The position numbers were made by a program, and so were the translations under genes. Positions 1-12,600 of a stretch of 64,000 nucleotides of DNA are shown here, in pieces. Positions within the stretch are counted from its first letter, which is position 1; each line of letters starts with the position of its first letter. Below the pieces are notes generated by a model. It saw only the letters and a program-made list of their open reading frames with translations. It made no database searches and had not been told where the DNA came from. Origin of the DNA: Marsupella aquatica (taxonomy: Eukaryota; Plantae; Marchantiophyta); contig OZ316892.1 in assembly GCA_973895155.1 (NCBI GenBank), forward strand, positions 21,763,619 to 21,827,618, read 5' to 3'.

Positions 1-990
1 AGCAAGTGCGAGGTCAACGAAGACACCAGTGACTCTCCTCGCTGTTACCAGTTCCCCGAGCAAGGCACTCTCGCGCATTTCCACTCCGCCTTCGACACAG
101 AACACTTCCCTTCTATTCTATTCGCTTCTCTTCTCTTTACAGTTTTCACGACAATGGGGGGAATCACACAAATCACTGAAAAGCAACAGAGGGGAAGGAA
201 GCGGGCACCGGCGAAAAATGATTTTAAAATAAATAGTCCAGGACATTTACAAATTCTCCTCTTCACCCGCATTTTCACGAAAATGAGGGGATCTGGTAGA
301 CGTGAAGGAAACAACAAAGAGAGAAGATCGAGCACCGGACAAGAATGTGATGCTGTGATACCACAGAGCTCACACAAATTGCCCTCCCCCTCCTCATCCG
401 TCACTGCACTAAAGACTTTCCATCAGTCCAGACCGCCGCACCGTTTCTTCAAGATATCGCCACTTCTTAACCCTTCATAACCACTGTTTCCCCAGACAAC
501 CTCAAAATCTGTCCGTCATTCTGCGGCTAGTCACGACCCGTACCTTTGCATCGAGAATCTCGGCGCATTTCCGTCATTCTCCCGACCGACTCTCTCCACG
601 AGCTCCTCCTGCTTCATCAAACAAACAAACAAACAAACAGAGAACGTGCCCAACATCAATCACTAAACAAACGGAAGCAAAGTTGAACGGAAAATACAAA
701 AAGGTACCTGACGAAACCACGAAAAAGGTCTCTTAAACACTGATTGCTTCATAATCCTACCCCACAAAACGCGACGCCACGACGAGAAGCGAAATGCACC
801 AAGCCAAAGCAGAGGAGAGGTGAGAAAAGGAGAGAAGCTGAGAGGAAAGCAGAGGAGAGAAGAGGAGAGGAGAGGAGAGCGCGCGGTGACGAGCAAACGA
901 AGGCGAAGGAAGGCTGACACACAAGACAGAGTCTCCCACTGCTCTTTCTCCCACAAGAGTCTCGCCCCACTGCTCTTTCTCCCACAGGTT
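1..990 (-). promoter_or_regulatory. Probable promoter and intron-containing 5' UTR of a minus-strand gene whose CDS lies outside the window
   Basis: CT-rich tract on the minus strand (800-880), a CAG|GTAC donor-like site at 708/707, CpG-rich sequence, and no convincing ORF. Confidence 0.35.
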
Positions 991-1049
991 GACCTCGGAA
1001 GGCGGGTGCGGCGGCAGTCCACCCGTGATCCCTCCCTCCTGTCCCGTCC

Positions 1050-1165
1050 CCAAATTCCAGTTTGGTTGTCTAGAAATTACACTGAACTCCACATATTTCA
1101 AACTGCCCAAATTCCAGTCCGGTGGTGTAGAAATTATACCTAACTTAGTATATTTCAAACTGCCA
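1050..1165. repeat. Two-copy 57-bp tandem duplication
   Basis: CAAATTCCAGT...TAGAAATTA...TATTTCAAACTGCC starts at 1051 and again at 1108. Confidence 0.8.
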
Positions 1166-2146
1166 AAAAAAAGCAGAAGACTCCAATGGCCGAGACAAAA
1201 ACGCACAAGCAAAAAACCCAATCAATTAAAAAAAAACCCAATCAAGTAAAAAAATCCCAATCAAAGGACAACAAGGAAAAGACCAAAAAGCCAGACGAAC
1301 CAGGTGCCAAATTGGGAGACAATCAAAGGAGAACAAAGAAAAGGCCAAAAAGCCAGAAAAACCAGAGACACATAATCCTAACCATACCTATCTGCAAATT
1401 GAAGGACCTGGTAAAACCAGGCGTGAACTACATAGGATGGTAGAGCTCAATGGCATTTTTCCCTTTGTATGTTGTTGTATTTTTCTGTGCGTTCATGGAG
1501 AAGAATGCCCTATTAAGGTTGGATAACTTTTACGAAGTCTCTTCTCTGTCGTACTTAAATTAGTAAAGGTAAAATTTACTAGACCTTTATTGAGGTCCTA
1601 TTTCCAAAGCATTATGAGGAATAATAACTTCTAGAAACTAGAGTTTAGGTTATTTGGGGCATTATATCTTACAATACTCTCTAAACTAACATTATTATGT
1701 TCTTTGTGATTTCCCCTTTGTATGCATTGTTGGACTTAATAATATTTTTATGCACTACCTTTAGATTAATAAAAATAAAAATATATTAAACTTGTAAGCG
1801 TATTGGGTTTGGGTCAAAGTAGCTGACCAAATTTCACACAAGAGCTGACCAAAACCAAGAAGAAATAACAGGACCAAGACGCCCTACTGTAGTTGGGGAC
1901 TTCACCAGGGCCGCAGTCCACCCGCGATCTGATACCCGTGATCTGTATTGTACTGCGTATACTATTTCCCTTCGGCGAAGCCCTTTTCCCTGTAACTCTG
2001 CTCCTGTCCATTAAACGTTGCTTCGTACTATGGTCAAGGTTTTCTGGGTTTGTTTGTTCGTGTGGTGGTACTGTGGTACTCTAATAGTACGGTACCTTGA
2101 GGGGTTGGGTGGTGCCAGGCTTTGAGCCCACGACCGATGACTCACA

Positions 2147-3656
2147 TCAAGAACTATAATACAAGGTTGCGTCTTTTTATGCAGTGGTCGTCATTTGAAT
2201 TTGAAGGGCACAAAAATCAAAGAATGTGACAAACAGAAGGAATAAACCAAAATTGAATAATGTTTAGTGTGAAGTAAAGAGTACACGTTTTCCAATCAAG
2301 AAATAAGGGGGAATGCCAGGAATACCAATGCACAATAATCAAGTACTTTCTGGACATATAAGTATAGTACTATCAATGCATAGAAAACCATCCATGCATA
2401 GACATAGTACTTTCCATACCTAGACATTCATATCCAGTACCCCCATGATAATCTATGTCAATTACAAATTAACTCCTATAATACACACTTGCGCCACTTT
2501 TTGAAGTGATCTCTCATTCAAAATTTACATTTCCAAGCCAAGTGAAAGAAATCAAATATGCAAAGCAAAGCTAAGAGAACAAATAAAAATAAACCCACAG
2601 CAAAATATGAAGGGAGCAGAATACTTCTTGATTTTCCTCATCACTTTAGCAGGTAAAGTACTTCCTTTTGATGCCATCATAGTATTCAAAAATACACTCT
2701 TTTATCTAATCCCTCCCAGGCCATTGTCTTATTTGTATTGACCCTGCCTCAATGTACACCTGATGTGCATGCAATGCAAGGAAAGTGTATACACCCATTC
2801 ACCTTGGTACTCATATGAATGAAATCATTTTATAAAAACAAATGTACTTGGCAAAATTCAATATATATATATATTTGGATGAGATAACAAGGAGTTGGAG
2901 GCCAAACCACTCTTGGCTGGGGTGAAGGGTTTTGGGACACATATATAAAGGGACAACCACATTTGACAACATCAAAAACTATAATAAGGTGTTGTGCCTT
3001 TTTTTTGCCATGGTTGTCATTTGAATTTACAGGGCCAATTTGGGTGTAGGAAATTCAGTATGGAAAAAAACCAAAGCAATAGAGACCAAAAATGGCCCTC
3101 ACACCAGCTCCTGAGGTCAACTTCCATCTGATTGCGGCGACAGCACCGAGCGGAGGCAAGTAAAATGTTGTGCGGCCAGCCTCTACTATGAGTGGGGCGA
3201 CCACCCTACCGCCTTGCTCCGCACGCCGACCGTAGACTGCCGCATTCTTGCGGTCAACCTCCCACCACCCTCCTTCCCCAACCCGATTACCCGGGATGGC
3301 CCTGCCTCGCCCCACTCTCCCCCTCTTCCCTTCTCCCCTGCCCAACTCTTTTTAACGACATATTTTTACTTGACATCCTCTTAACGATATCTGTCACATA
3401 ACAACTTCTTTGGTGACACAACTTCTTTGTTTTAATGACCTCTTCTTACTTGATGACATCGTTTACATAAAGACTTCTTTGGCAACACAACTTCTTTTTT
3501 TAATGACATTTTTTACATAACAACATCATTGGCAACACGACCCTGGACACGACCTCTATTTTCTTAACGACATCTTGGGCCGACACGACATCTTTTGTCT
3601 TAAGGACATCTTGGCCGACACAACATCTTTTGTGCAACGCACGAGTATTGAGCTAG
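2147..3656 (+). mobile_element. Non-autonomous Helitron (copy 1)
   Basis: Starts A|TCAAGAACTATAATAC at 2147 and ends GTGCAACGCAC hairpin + GAGTATTGAG + CTAG|T at 3656. A/T target with no TSD. A second 5'-end-like sequence sits at 2972. Homologous to 13618-15313 in inverted orientation. Confidence 0.75.
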
Positions 3657-3799
3657 TATTGACATATAACCAACCCCACGGTACCGGAGTGTCAAGTGCG
3701 GGTCCTCAATTATGAGAAAAAGTACCAATTTAGTTTTAAAAAGGGCAAACAAATTACAAGGCAGAAACTTATGAGCTTCGTGACACTGCCAGCAAGGGT

Positions 3800-4030
3800 T
3801 CGCCCCGGCCTTTTCTGTAGTGGCGAAATTATGCAAAATTTTGACCCCACTAAACAGTATTTGCTACTTTTGGCGAAAGTTTTGTCTTCCATTAGCTAGT
3901 TTAGTTTCCCACTAGCCACACACCCCCCTAGCCCCTTAATCTAACAATTACCCTTAAATCTAGGAAAAATTGATGGTCATATGTGAAATACAATCAGGAA
4001 TATTCAGCAAAGGGAAAAATTATAGATTAC
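3800..4030 (+). repeat. Member of a degenerate dispersed repeat family (other copies near 22100-22330, 24010-24250, 24670-24820 on the minus strand, 28600-28810 and 28990-29190)
   Basis: Shared motifs resembling TAGTGGC-AAAATT, CCATTAGC, CCTTAAATCTAGG and GGTCA-A at each locus. Boundaries are approximate. Confidence 0.55.
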
Positions 4031-4749
4031 AGTGGGTATTCTTAGAATATTGTTTTCAAAATAATATTGTAATGAAAGGAAAAAATTGATATTTGGATGG
4101 ATCAACAATGGTTGACCAAAAACATGGATGAACTATCATAATTTGAACATAACGCAGATAAACTCTCTTCTAACATTGTCTTGAATTCAATAGTATGTTT
4201 ACTTTGCATAAATAGTCACACTTGTGGATCTCAAAAGCTGCTAGGTCCAATCAAGTTGCATGGCTAAACATTGTGGGATCAATTTCAAAAATATTGTGTA
4301 TATTACATATTGTTGTAAAAAAATAATAGAGCAGGATGAGTAACAAACCTCGCATAATGGATATGCTTTTAGATCTAAAAAACCACTAGGTTCTAGAGGG
4401 GAAAGAAAGAGAAAGGTGGGAGGCACAAATGAGAGTGAGACTGCATGGAACATAAACAAAAGGGGGGGAAGAAAAGGGGCAGTAGTTTGCAAGACCCCAA
4501 CAAAGAATTGTGGAAGGGCTCTCCCTAGAAACTCATTAATGCTGCCAATTGGGTCCCACCATTTGATTTGCCTGTTATCACTCTCTGCCGGTTTGCCCAT
4601 TGTACACATAAGGGGAAAATATTATGGCAGTGTGGGTCTTCACAGTTTTGAATGCTACCTATTGTGCATGGATCCACATAATTGCAGAGTTTGCTTTGCC
4701 ATTAGTAATCCCAACAAGCTAGGTAGCAGTCGTCATTGCAGCAGCAAGT

Positions 4750-5101
4750 GAACCTGTTAGCGGGAACCCGGGTTCACATTGGAACCCGAAGCCCGCCATG
4801 AACTTCATTGAGGGCTGACGAGAAAAGGGTGAGGGTGAAATTTCACAAAGTAACAAAGCATTTTAACTGTTTATATAAGTTTTTGACATTTCAACTAGTA
4901 CACCTCGAGTAGTATCTCGCTGGTTAAAATGCTTGGGTGGGAGTCATCAGGTGCTAGGTTCGAATCTCGCTCCTGTCAGTGCGGAGATAGTAGGTTTTGC
5001 AGCATTAAATGCAAGTACGGACACTAGTTTGTAAAAGAAATATTTAACCCTTTCGAGGGTGCAATATGGTGGGATGAACCCGGGTTCCCGCCAACAGGTT
5101 C
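4750..5101. mobile_element. MITE with 27-bp TIRs and a 4-bp TSD (AAGT)
   Basis: GAACCTGTTAGCGGGAACCCGGGTTCA (4750-4776) versus TGAACCCGGGTTCCCGCCAACAGGTTC (5075-5101), 1 mismatch. AAGT at 4746-4749 and 5102-5105. Confidence 0.85.
4905..4976 (+). other. tRNA-derived (SINE-head-like) sequence inside the MITE; not a functional tRNA
   Basis: A-box-like TATCTCGCTGGTTAAA and B-box GGTTCGAATCTC (4957-4968) at tRNA-like spacing. No clean acceptor stem. Confidence 0.5.
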
Positions 5102-6169
5102 AAGTGATTCTGAGTTCAAGCCTCATTTGAGTCCTAACTTCATCTGAGTTCAAGCTTCATCAAAGGAGCAGCTTTTGCACAAAAGCCCATCCTAAAAGTG
5201 GGGTTCACCAAAGCCCTTGCACATAGAAGACTTGACATTTTTCAAAAAACTGAAGTTCATTCACTCCACCTAAATGGAAAATTTGACACTTAGAAAATAC
5301 TAAAAGTTACTCTCTTAGACCATCCCCGCCCTTTGTGGGGAATGCCCCGAGATGTTTGTATCATCTAAACAAAAACAGGCAAGCAACATCCCAGAGTGGG
5401 ACTCATGGGGTTATAGTGAATGAGTTTCCTAATAATATTCTACATTGAATTAGAAAAAAGAATCTACTTGAATCAAAAGGAGTGAGAGTGCAATCTGCCA
5501 AAGACAACCCTGAAGGCCAACAGTTTCACCAGCACAACCAGTGAGCATTTCGACCCATTGCCCTGGATGTGACTCGGGTAAACAGGCAAATGGTGTACAG
5601 CTTGGTGTGACCTCAATCCATATAGTGTGAGCCATGCAACACAAGCCCCCACCCTTTGAAGTTCCCTGCTGGTAATCACACATCAAAATGTGGCTGCATT
5701 CATTGATAGAAAGGAAAAAACTAGGATTATCACGGTATGTAGGGGCAATTGCTATAGTCTACCATGACTTTCTGATGGAGCAGGACTGTCCACTGAGATG
5801 AAGATCCATGCATCTCTTCTGTCCATAGTGTTTGACGAGACGTGGGGCCACTTGCTACTGCTGGTGTATGGAAGACAAGTTTGGGCAGGCAGGGAGAGCA
5901 GATTTGAACGTACTGGGTTTCGGTGGGGATTATTGTTTTTGAGTACAATGGCCAAAATATCAAGGTCATCACCAGCTGGGCATTTACTGAAATGGGTGGG
6001 AATGTTCTTATCGCCTAAATGGAAACTGGTAGGCAACATGCAAGAGTGCCAACAAATGGGGTTGGAATAAGCCTCCTAACACCTAAACCTAGTGTAAATG
6101 GTATGTAAATGGAAACTGGCTACAATCATCTGAAGTGGGACACAAGGGGCTCTAAGGAATGACTTTTGA

Positions 6170-6784
6170 CCGTACCGCACACAACTCACTGGGTTTCGAG
6201 TTATCAGCTTTTAAGTACTTTGCCACTAAAGATATTCTAAATGACAATACTGCCATTGTTTTATTTATATTTATAAAAATGTCATGGTTTCATATATGGA
6301 TGACAAGTTTACCAAGGTAACCAGGGGAACTATATATGGAAACTGTGGTATTTTTGTAAATACAAAAAAACCAGTGGCAATATTGTAAATTCAAACAACT
6401 TTAGTGGTAATATATGTACTCAAAAGCTGTTCGAGTTATTTGAGGTTTTATTATTAAGGGTGATTGGTACCCCAGCATCTGGATTTGTAGGGCTTTGAAT
6501 CTAACTTTGTGGATTTACGTTTGGACTCATAGTCTTCAGGTGCACCGCTGGTTGATTCTGACCCATTCCCGGCCCAAGGTTAGCTAGTTTTGCCTTGGGC
6601 CTGTTGCTGTGCTGCCCCGTTGCGAATTGTTGGTGGTTTTGCCTTGGCTCCTTGGGGTGATGGTGTTGCTGCTGCCCTTAGGGCTTGTTTTTCTCTTCCC
6701 ACTAGTTTTTGCCACAGGGATTTTGGAATACATCTTGCACACCTTCCCTTTCCCTAAAAATTTGTTTTAAAATAAAAAATAAAA
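6170..6784 (+). mobile_element. Non-LTR retroposed insertion (SINE or 5'-truncated LINE)
   Basis: 12-bp direct repeat AATGACTTTTGA at 6158-6169 and 6785-6796. An A-rich tail AAAATAAAAAATAAAA lies immediately before the second copy. Confidence 0.65.
6205..6429. mobile_element. Mutator-like foldback MITE nested in the retroposon
   Basis: Termini CAGCTTTTAAGTAC.../...GTACTCAAAAGCTG with imperfect inverted arms of about 95 bp. Perfect 10-bp TSD TTCGAGTTAT (6195-6204, 6430-6439). Confidence 0.85.
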
Positions 6785-8670
6785 AATGACTTTTGAAGTG
6801 GGTCACAAGGGGCTCTAATTAGTTCGTGGACCCCCACCTGTTTTTATTCGATTAGTGGACTACTACGTTGAGTTTCAGTGATCTGCTAGAGTAGTTGAGG
6901 TCGATCAGTCCTTATCGATCTTGTCAATGTCCTTATCGATTCTCTTTGCTTCTCCTTCTTTCTGCTCGATCTATTTGTTTCTGATTAAGATGTGCTGCGC
7001 CTCTTTTCTGTCCTCGATCAGTTCTCATTTTTCCTTTCTTCATTCGGCTTCTGATCTTTTTTGATTTTGTTTCTCCAACATTCCTCTTTACTTTGCACTT
7101 CAAGAGGCAAAACTCCTTTCGAGCTTTCCTCTTTTCATTACTTTCATCAAAAGTCTTCCTCCCTTTCGAAATGTTGATGTGCTTCTTTTGTTTTGACGGT
7201 ATTATTTCGGCAGTTACACAGGAATACGGTTACTGTTTACGTTGAACACTATTTACTTTTATAAAAAAACATTTATAAATTTAAGTAAAGAGAATATGGG
7301 TGAATGTTTTTAATCTCGCCCTTTGTATCAATAGATTTGGATGAACTTTTAATTACTTTTACATTATGTTTTGACGGCATGGCGTCCATAAAATTACACG
7401 AAAAGCGACGTAAACAAGATAGAGAGGAGTTTATTCGTTGCGCAAACATGACCATTCTTGTTTGTTGCGGTTGTTGCTGACGTGGCACTCTGTGGTGCCA
7501 GGAATTTTGGAAGGAACCTCTAGTGGGGTCCGTAATAAATGAGGTTCCAGGAATCAATCGGAAGTCACAGTGTGAAACATCCGCACAAATTTCGGTTTGA
7601 AGCTTGTGGAGAAGTTGTCAGCAGAAGTGGCGGAACCAAGGTGCCCACATCCTAGCTTCAAAATGCGGAATGCCTTTCATACACACGTCTTCCCTGCCCA
7701 TCGCCTCATGTCCATTTTGCATTCTGGATACGTAGGAGTATCTTTCTAATGTCTTTTGTACCACGTCTCCTCTGCCCATCGTCTCGATTCGATGCCATTT
7801 TGCATTCTGGATACATAGGATCGCCTTTCTCTGGCAGCCGAGGTGGACAACTCCTTGTGACTTCATCTCCCCTTGCCTTCACTTTCTTATCAGGATTGTC
7901 AACGTAATGCAAAGCTTAGAATGATGTCGTACGAAGATTCATTGTCCTGTTGTGATTGTCCCGTTTTGATTCATATGCAGATTTTCAAACAGGGAAGCTT
8001 GATTTCACTAATGAGAGCGAAACTGTGATCGAATTTGAGAAATGATTGTTGAGACCACACTCTTTTGGCCGTCGAGGAGGATTTTGTACCAGACCAGGAG
8101 CTTTTCGGAATTGGATCGATTTGTTTCAGCACCTGCTTCCTGATGAATGTGCTCATGGGAGACGTAGAATACAGAGGTGGAAGGAACCCGAAGAAGGAAA
8201 TTGTTACACCGTCGAAGATGACGGTCCACTAGACTTTTCAAAGAAAGAAAGCCACCAGAGTAGAGTGCGAATTAAGCTCGCTGGATAGAGGAAGAGTGGA
8301 ATCGGGAATTTTCCCAGCAGACAGAAAGTTCGCTTGCCAAAAGTCCACAATGGTTCACCCTCAGCATGGAAAGTCTTTCACATCCTAAAATCTCCCTCCT
8401 CGTCATTGACCTCTTGCCTGTGACGTATAGTGTGTGCGTTTGCCGAGGGCAGAGCAACCGAGCAGAGGCAGAGGCAGAGCAGCTGGATCGTAGTATGTGG
8501 ATGGATTTATTGATGACGTCGGATTGCGGAGATTCTGCGTGACCCCCGAATCTGAGCGAGCGAGTTGTGCTCTTTTGAGTAAGCGAGTGGAGGGAGAGAA
8601 GAGATCTGAGGCGCGATTGAAGAATGCTTGAAAGGCTTGAGAAAGGAGGATTGAGACGCTGAAAGACGAA

Positions 8671-9533
8671 ATGAGCGGGTGGGGTGCACATATTCGCGTT
8701 GGAGTGGGGGCTGTTGCCGGTGGTATTCTGGGATTTTATGTTATGCACCATGCGGAGGCAGCTTACAAGGTATTATGTGTGTGCGTGCGAATTCTTCACT
8801 GCTCTGTCTCTTCACTAGTGATTCTTCGCTATGGATTGTTTTGACATATTCAGCAAACCTGTCTATCTTGGTTTCCTTGAGCTGCGGGTTTCTCCAGAAT
8901 TTCTTACGGATGGATCCAGGATGATGTATAGAGGCCGCACCGGGGTTTGATGTCTTTCCCGATTGATGTCGGGTTCTGTTCTATCTTTGGGGCATGTTTT
9001 ACAGTGGAGCTTTATTCTTTGTTTAGTTTTGGTGAGTTGTCGATGATTCGTCGTTCGCCCTGGCGGACGTTATTCCCTGATTAATTGATTTCGCGCTTTC
9101 CTCCTGCGTTTTTTGTTTCGCCTAGAGACTGGAGCGATCAATATTTACCTTTGTTGCTCTGTTTGAAGTTCAGTTGGCTACTAGTTGCTCTGCTTTTAGA
9201 TTACTTGAAATCACCTTAGATACTCTCACCCACGAAGAATTGCCGGAGATACGAGCTCTTTGTTAGTGCACTGGATCTGGATTTGTGGAGATGCAAGTTG
9301 CAAACGCAGCGCTTAACTAAAGATTTCTGAAGAAACTGATGGCGTAGGGTTTAAGCTGGTTTCCCGCAGTCCGGGTCACTCGGGCTGAAGTGTGTTTCTT
9401 TGATCTGCGAGAGCAGGAGCAAATGAGAGAGGAGTACCTGAAGCTATTAGCTGAGAAGCAGGCGCTGGAGGACTCGACGTTGAGCAATGGTACTGTCGAA
9501 AACAGCAAGGTTATGCTGCAGCAGGGGCAGTAG
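8671..9533 (+). CDS. 71-aa single-pass membrane microprotein, 2 exons (8671-8769, 9417-9533): MSGWGAHIRVGVGAVAGGILGFYVMHHAEAAYK/EQMREEYLKLLAEKQALEDSTLSNGTVENSKVMLQQGQ
   Basis: GAAATGA start context, phase-0 AAG|GTATT donor and GCAG|GAG acceptor give an open frame. Gly-rich hydrophobic helix followed by a charged helix. Absent from the ORF track because it is spliced. Confidence 0.72.
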
Positions 9534-9656
9534 TCCGATAGAGGAACAGGCGAGAACAAGCTGTAACAGCCAGACCTGTGTTGGGCTGTAACAGAAGTGT
9601 TCTTCTCAGGTCGTGGAGATTATGGTGCCCGTAAAGTCACTAAAAATAACTCAGCA

Positions 9657-12600
9657 ATGGGTGTCGACGGCGCTAGTGCCACTTTACAGCAACACGCACA
9701 GCAAAGAGATCAAGTTTGCAATATCCCCTTCGAGTTTGTAGATGACGACGAGCTGACAGCGATTGACACAGCCATGCTGCAAGCTCATTCTATTTCCTCC
9801 GCGTACCACTCCATACCATCCCAATCGATGGACATAGCTCCCGTCCTCCCTAGTCCAATATCTTGGAATCCACGTCTTTCCCATAAGTCTTCCACCAATG
9901 TTGAAATGCAATCGCTGCCCCCCAAAAAACCTAAGAGTTCTTTTGTGTACACTATAGTGTCACCCTCAGGATCCACTCTAGCATCTTCAGAAAGGTCTAC
10001 GACCCCAAATGGTTCAGTCTCTTCCACCGTCGCTTCTCCTGGATACTCTAGGGCACGAGAAGGTTCACCCGCTTCTGAATTTGAGGATGTCTGCTCTTCT
10101 CAATTATCTGCAAACATGTGTACTCCTTCCCAGTTCGGAGACGGAGGAGAGACGCTTTCTGATGATTACATTCCTCCAGTACTCTCTATTTCGGATGAAT
10201 CCACTACTCATTTGTTAGTCAATGTAACAAATTCATCATTTGTGAGCGAAAATATTGTCCAAGGGCAAGGATTGGGCGATTCCCAAGACATTGAGGATTG
10301 TTGTGGGGCTAATTCAAAGCCTCCACAGGATGACGGGAGTTCTGCGAGCTCAAAGGAGGCTGCTAGAAGGCCCACAGTGACCCTTTTGCAGCGTAAGTCT
10401 GGGAGAGGCCTCTCTGTCACTGACTTTACAGCCTCGGTATGCCCCTTGCCTTCGCTTTGATTGCAAATATACAACAGAGACGCTGAACATCTAATAATAA
10501 CATAGAATATGAGTACCAGTAAGAGGCTATTGGGTGCCGTTTTGGAGAGCTGGACAGCTTGTATAATATATTCAATTTTGAAGGAATATTAGTACCAGTG
10601 AGAGGCTATTGGGTGACGTTTTGGAGAACTCGACAGCTTGTATAATATGTTTAATTTTGAAGTCCACGAAGAAGGACGGTACAAAGCTCTGCCTTCATTT
10701 CAGAGCCCACTGGCTACAAGAGGAGTTTGATGTAGTGAAGTTATGATGTTTCTAGTTTTGATTGTGTTCTTCTTCACTCCTTTTCCAGGAGTGGTGTGAA
10801 AAGCAAGTGGAGTTTTCATTGAATCGAGGCAAACCGGAACAAACCCCTGCCATGAAAGCCGGAAGTGCTCGCCACGTTGCGCTTGAAAGGGAGGCATGTT
10901 AATCACTTCCTTCTCAGTTGGGTCATGTCCTGAACACCAGCTGAAGTATCTGTACTAAGTCATCCTGTTGAATCTCAAGTAACCTGCAGACTTCTATGCT
11001 ACAACCAAACCGTTGTTTCATCTCAGGTTTGTAAGACATTTCTTAAACTTATATCACGAGGATGATCTTCTTTGCATGAACAGGTTGTGACAAGGGTGGA
11101 GATTGAAATCTTTACAAAGGAGGATACATGGGCAGTACGACTTTTAAACTTTATCAGCGGCGCTCGTCAGCTTCTAAGTGAAGGCCTCACGCGAGAAATC
11201 CCTGTGTAAGAAGCCGGGTGAAAGACGTTCGTTGCAATCTTCTAAGACATTGCATGCAAGAGTGAACTGCCGCCATGTCCTAAATATGCTTATTGGCGAA
11301 CTGTAGGGGTTCCAGTGTACGAAGTCACAAATATCTAGACAAAAGAAAGCATCTGATCAACTGTTACCTCTTCGAAAGTTTTTGGCATGTCACTGTGGTG
11401 GGACTTCTTCATGTAGTGGGTTAACATTCTTTATTCAATCATGAAATTAACAAACTTTCAAAATAAGATCTGAAGGCTTAGTCAACCACAACAGGTTGTC
11501 CACAGGGCCCCTCAATGTAACATGTGTATTGGAAATGATGATTTACTGGAATGTTTTTGATTCTGGCCTAACAAATCTTGGGAATCAACTCCCTTCTGCA
11601 GGTTAGGTTTAGTGGGAGCAACATGGGTGGTTGGAATCATCGATGAAATTCGTCTGGTTCAGACCGAGTTTGGTGAACAGCCCTTCTTAGTGGATACTAA
11701 AACTCGGAAGCGACGATTCCCACCATCAGAACCTCAAAAGCGAAATGCCAGGTACGTTTTAGCATACTCTCGAGTGGCTTTGTTATTAATGCTGGCTTGT
11801 GCTATGCTTTCAGATAATCTATGCTTGCAATTTGGAATCTGGAATGGCCTCCGTCTTATGAATGACTTTGCTGGCAGGCTTCAGCTGATGTGTTACAAGC
11901 TGTTGTGGGATACCATGGTTAAAGATGGGCTTCCAGTCGAGTTATTTGTCAAACATTTCAGACTGAATCCACAGCAAGAATTTTGCCAGGATGTCAAATC
12001 TCACGCGTCCAGTTTCTGGGTCGACTCCAAGGTTCGTACCGTGTTCTTTTAATATGCGGAAAGGAAATTGATGAGTACAACGGAATTGTTTTTCTCAATT
12101 TTCTTATGAATGATTCTTCTTTTGTTAGGTACGATGTCTGCAGGATCTGTTGATGCAGATCATGAAAGACGTCAGATCCCAAATATATGCACAATCTGCG
12201 GACTGTCTACTCTTGAGGTGGGGTGCATTAACTTGTATTGAAGGGTTCTAGCAGATTCCTATGTGAATTTATTTCTTGTCTGCCTTTCAACGTCTTTAGA
12301 ATCAGACACCCCGATTTACTCTTAAGCTTAGCATTTCTGGAGGCGTTCTGGCTATTTTGGGAGAACCCTGCAGCTCAACATGCTAGTGGTCATGCAGTGC
12401 AAGGACTTACTGTCACATACATTCAGAAGAAAAACTCTTCACATGTGGGTTCCTGGTGGCTTTCACCGTCCACACCTGCTGCTGCCGGTAGCTGGTCCCT
12501 TAATACTTTCTAGATTTTGTTCACCTCTTGTAAATCTATGTCATTGGCTTGGAAAGGTCTCATCTTCATATCGAGTTTACTCTCCTCAACTCCAGCAGAG

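Noticed and set aside
45-1443. Several 67-154 aa ORFs at the window start
   Set aside because: They are low-complexity with no recognisable domains, and the region looks like UTR, promoter and repeat DNA.
4905-4976. Functional tRNA gene
   Set aside because: No proper acceptor or anticodon stem pairing, and it lies inside a MITE.
5450-6070. Coding-like fragments on the minus strand
   Set aside because: Several broken frames with no motif I could assign.
9510-9609. Possible intron (AAG|GTTATG ... CTCAG|G) fusing the microprotein to EXO5
   Set aside because: The donor is phase 0 but 9610 is codon position 2 of the EXO5 frame, so splicing would not give an in-frame fusion.
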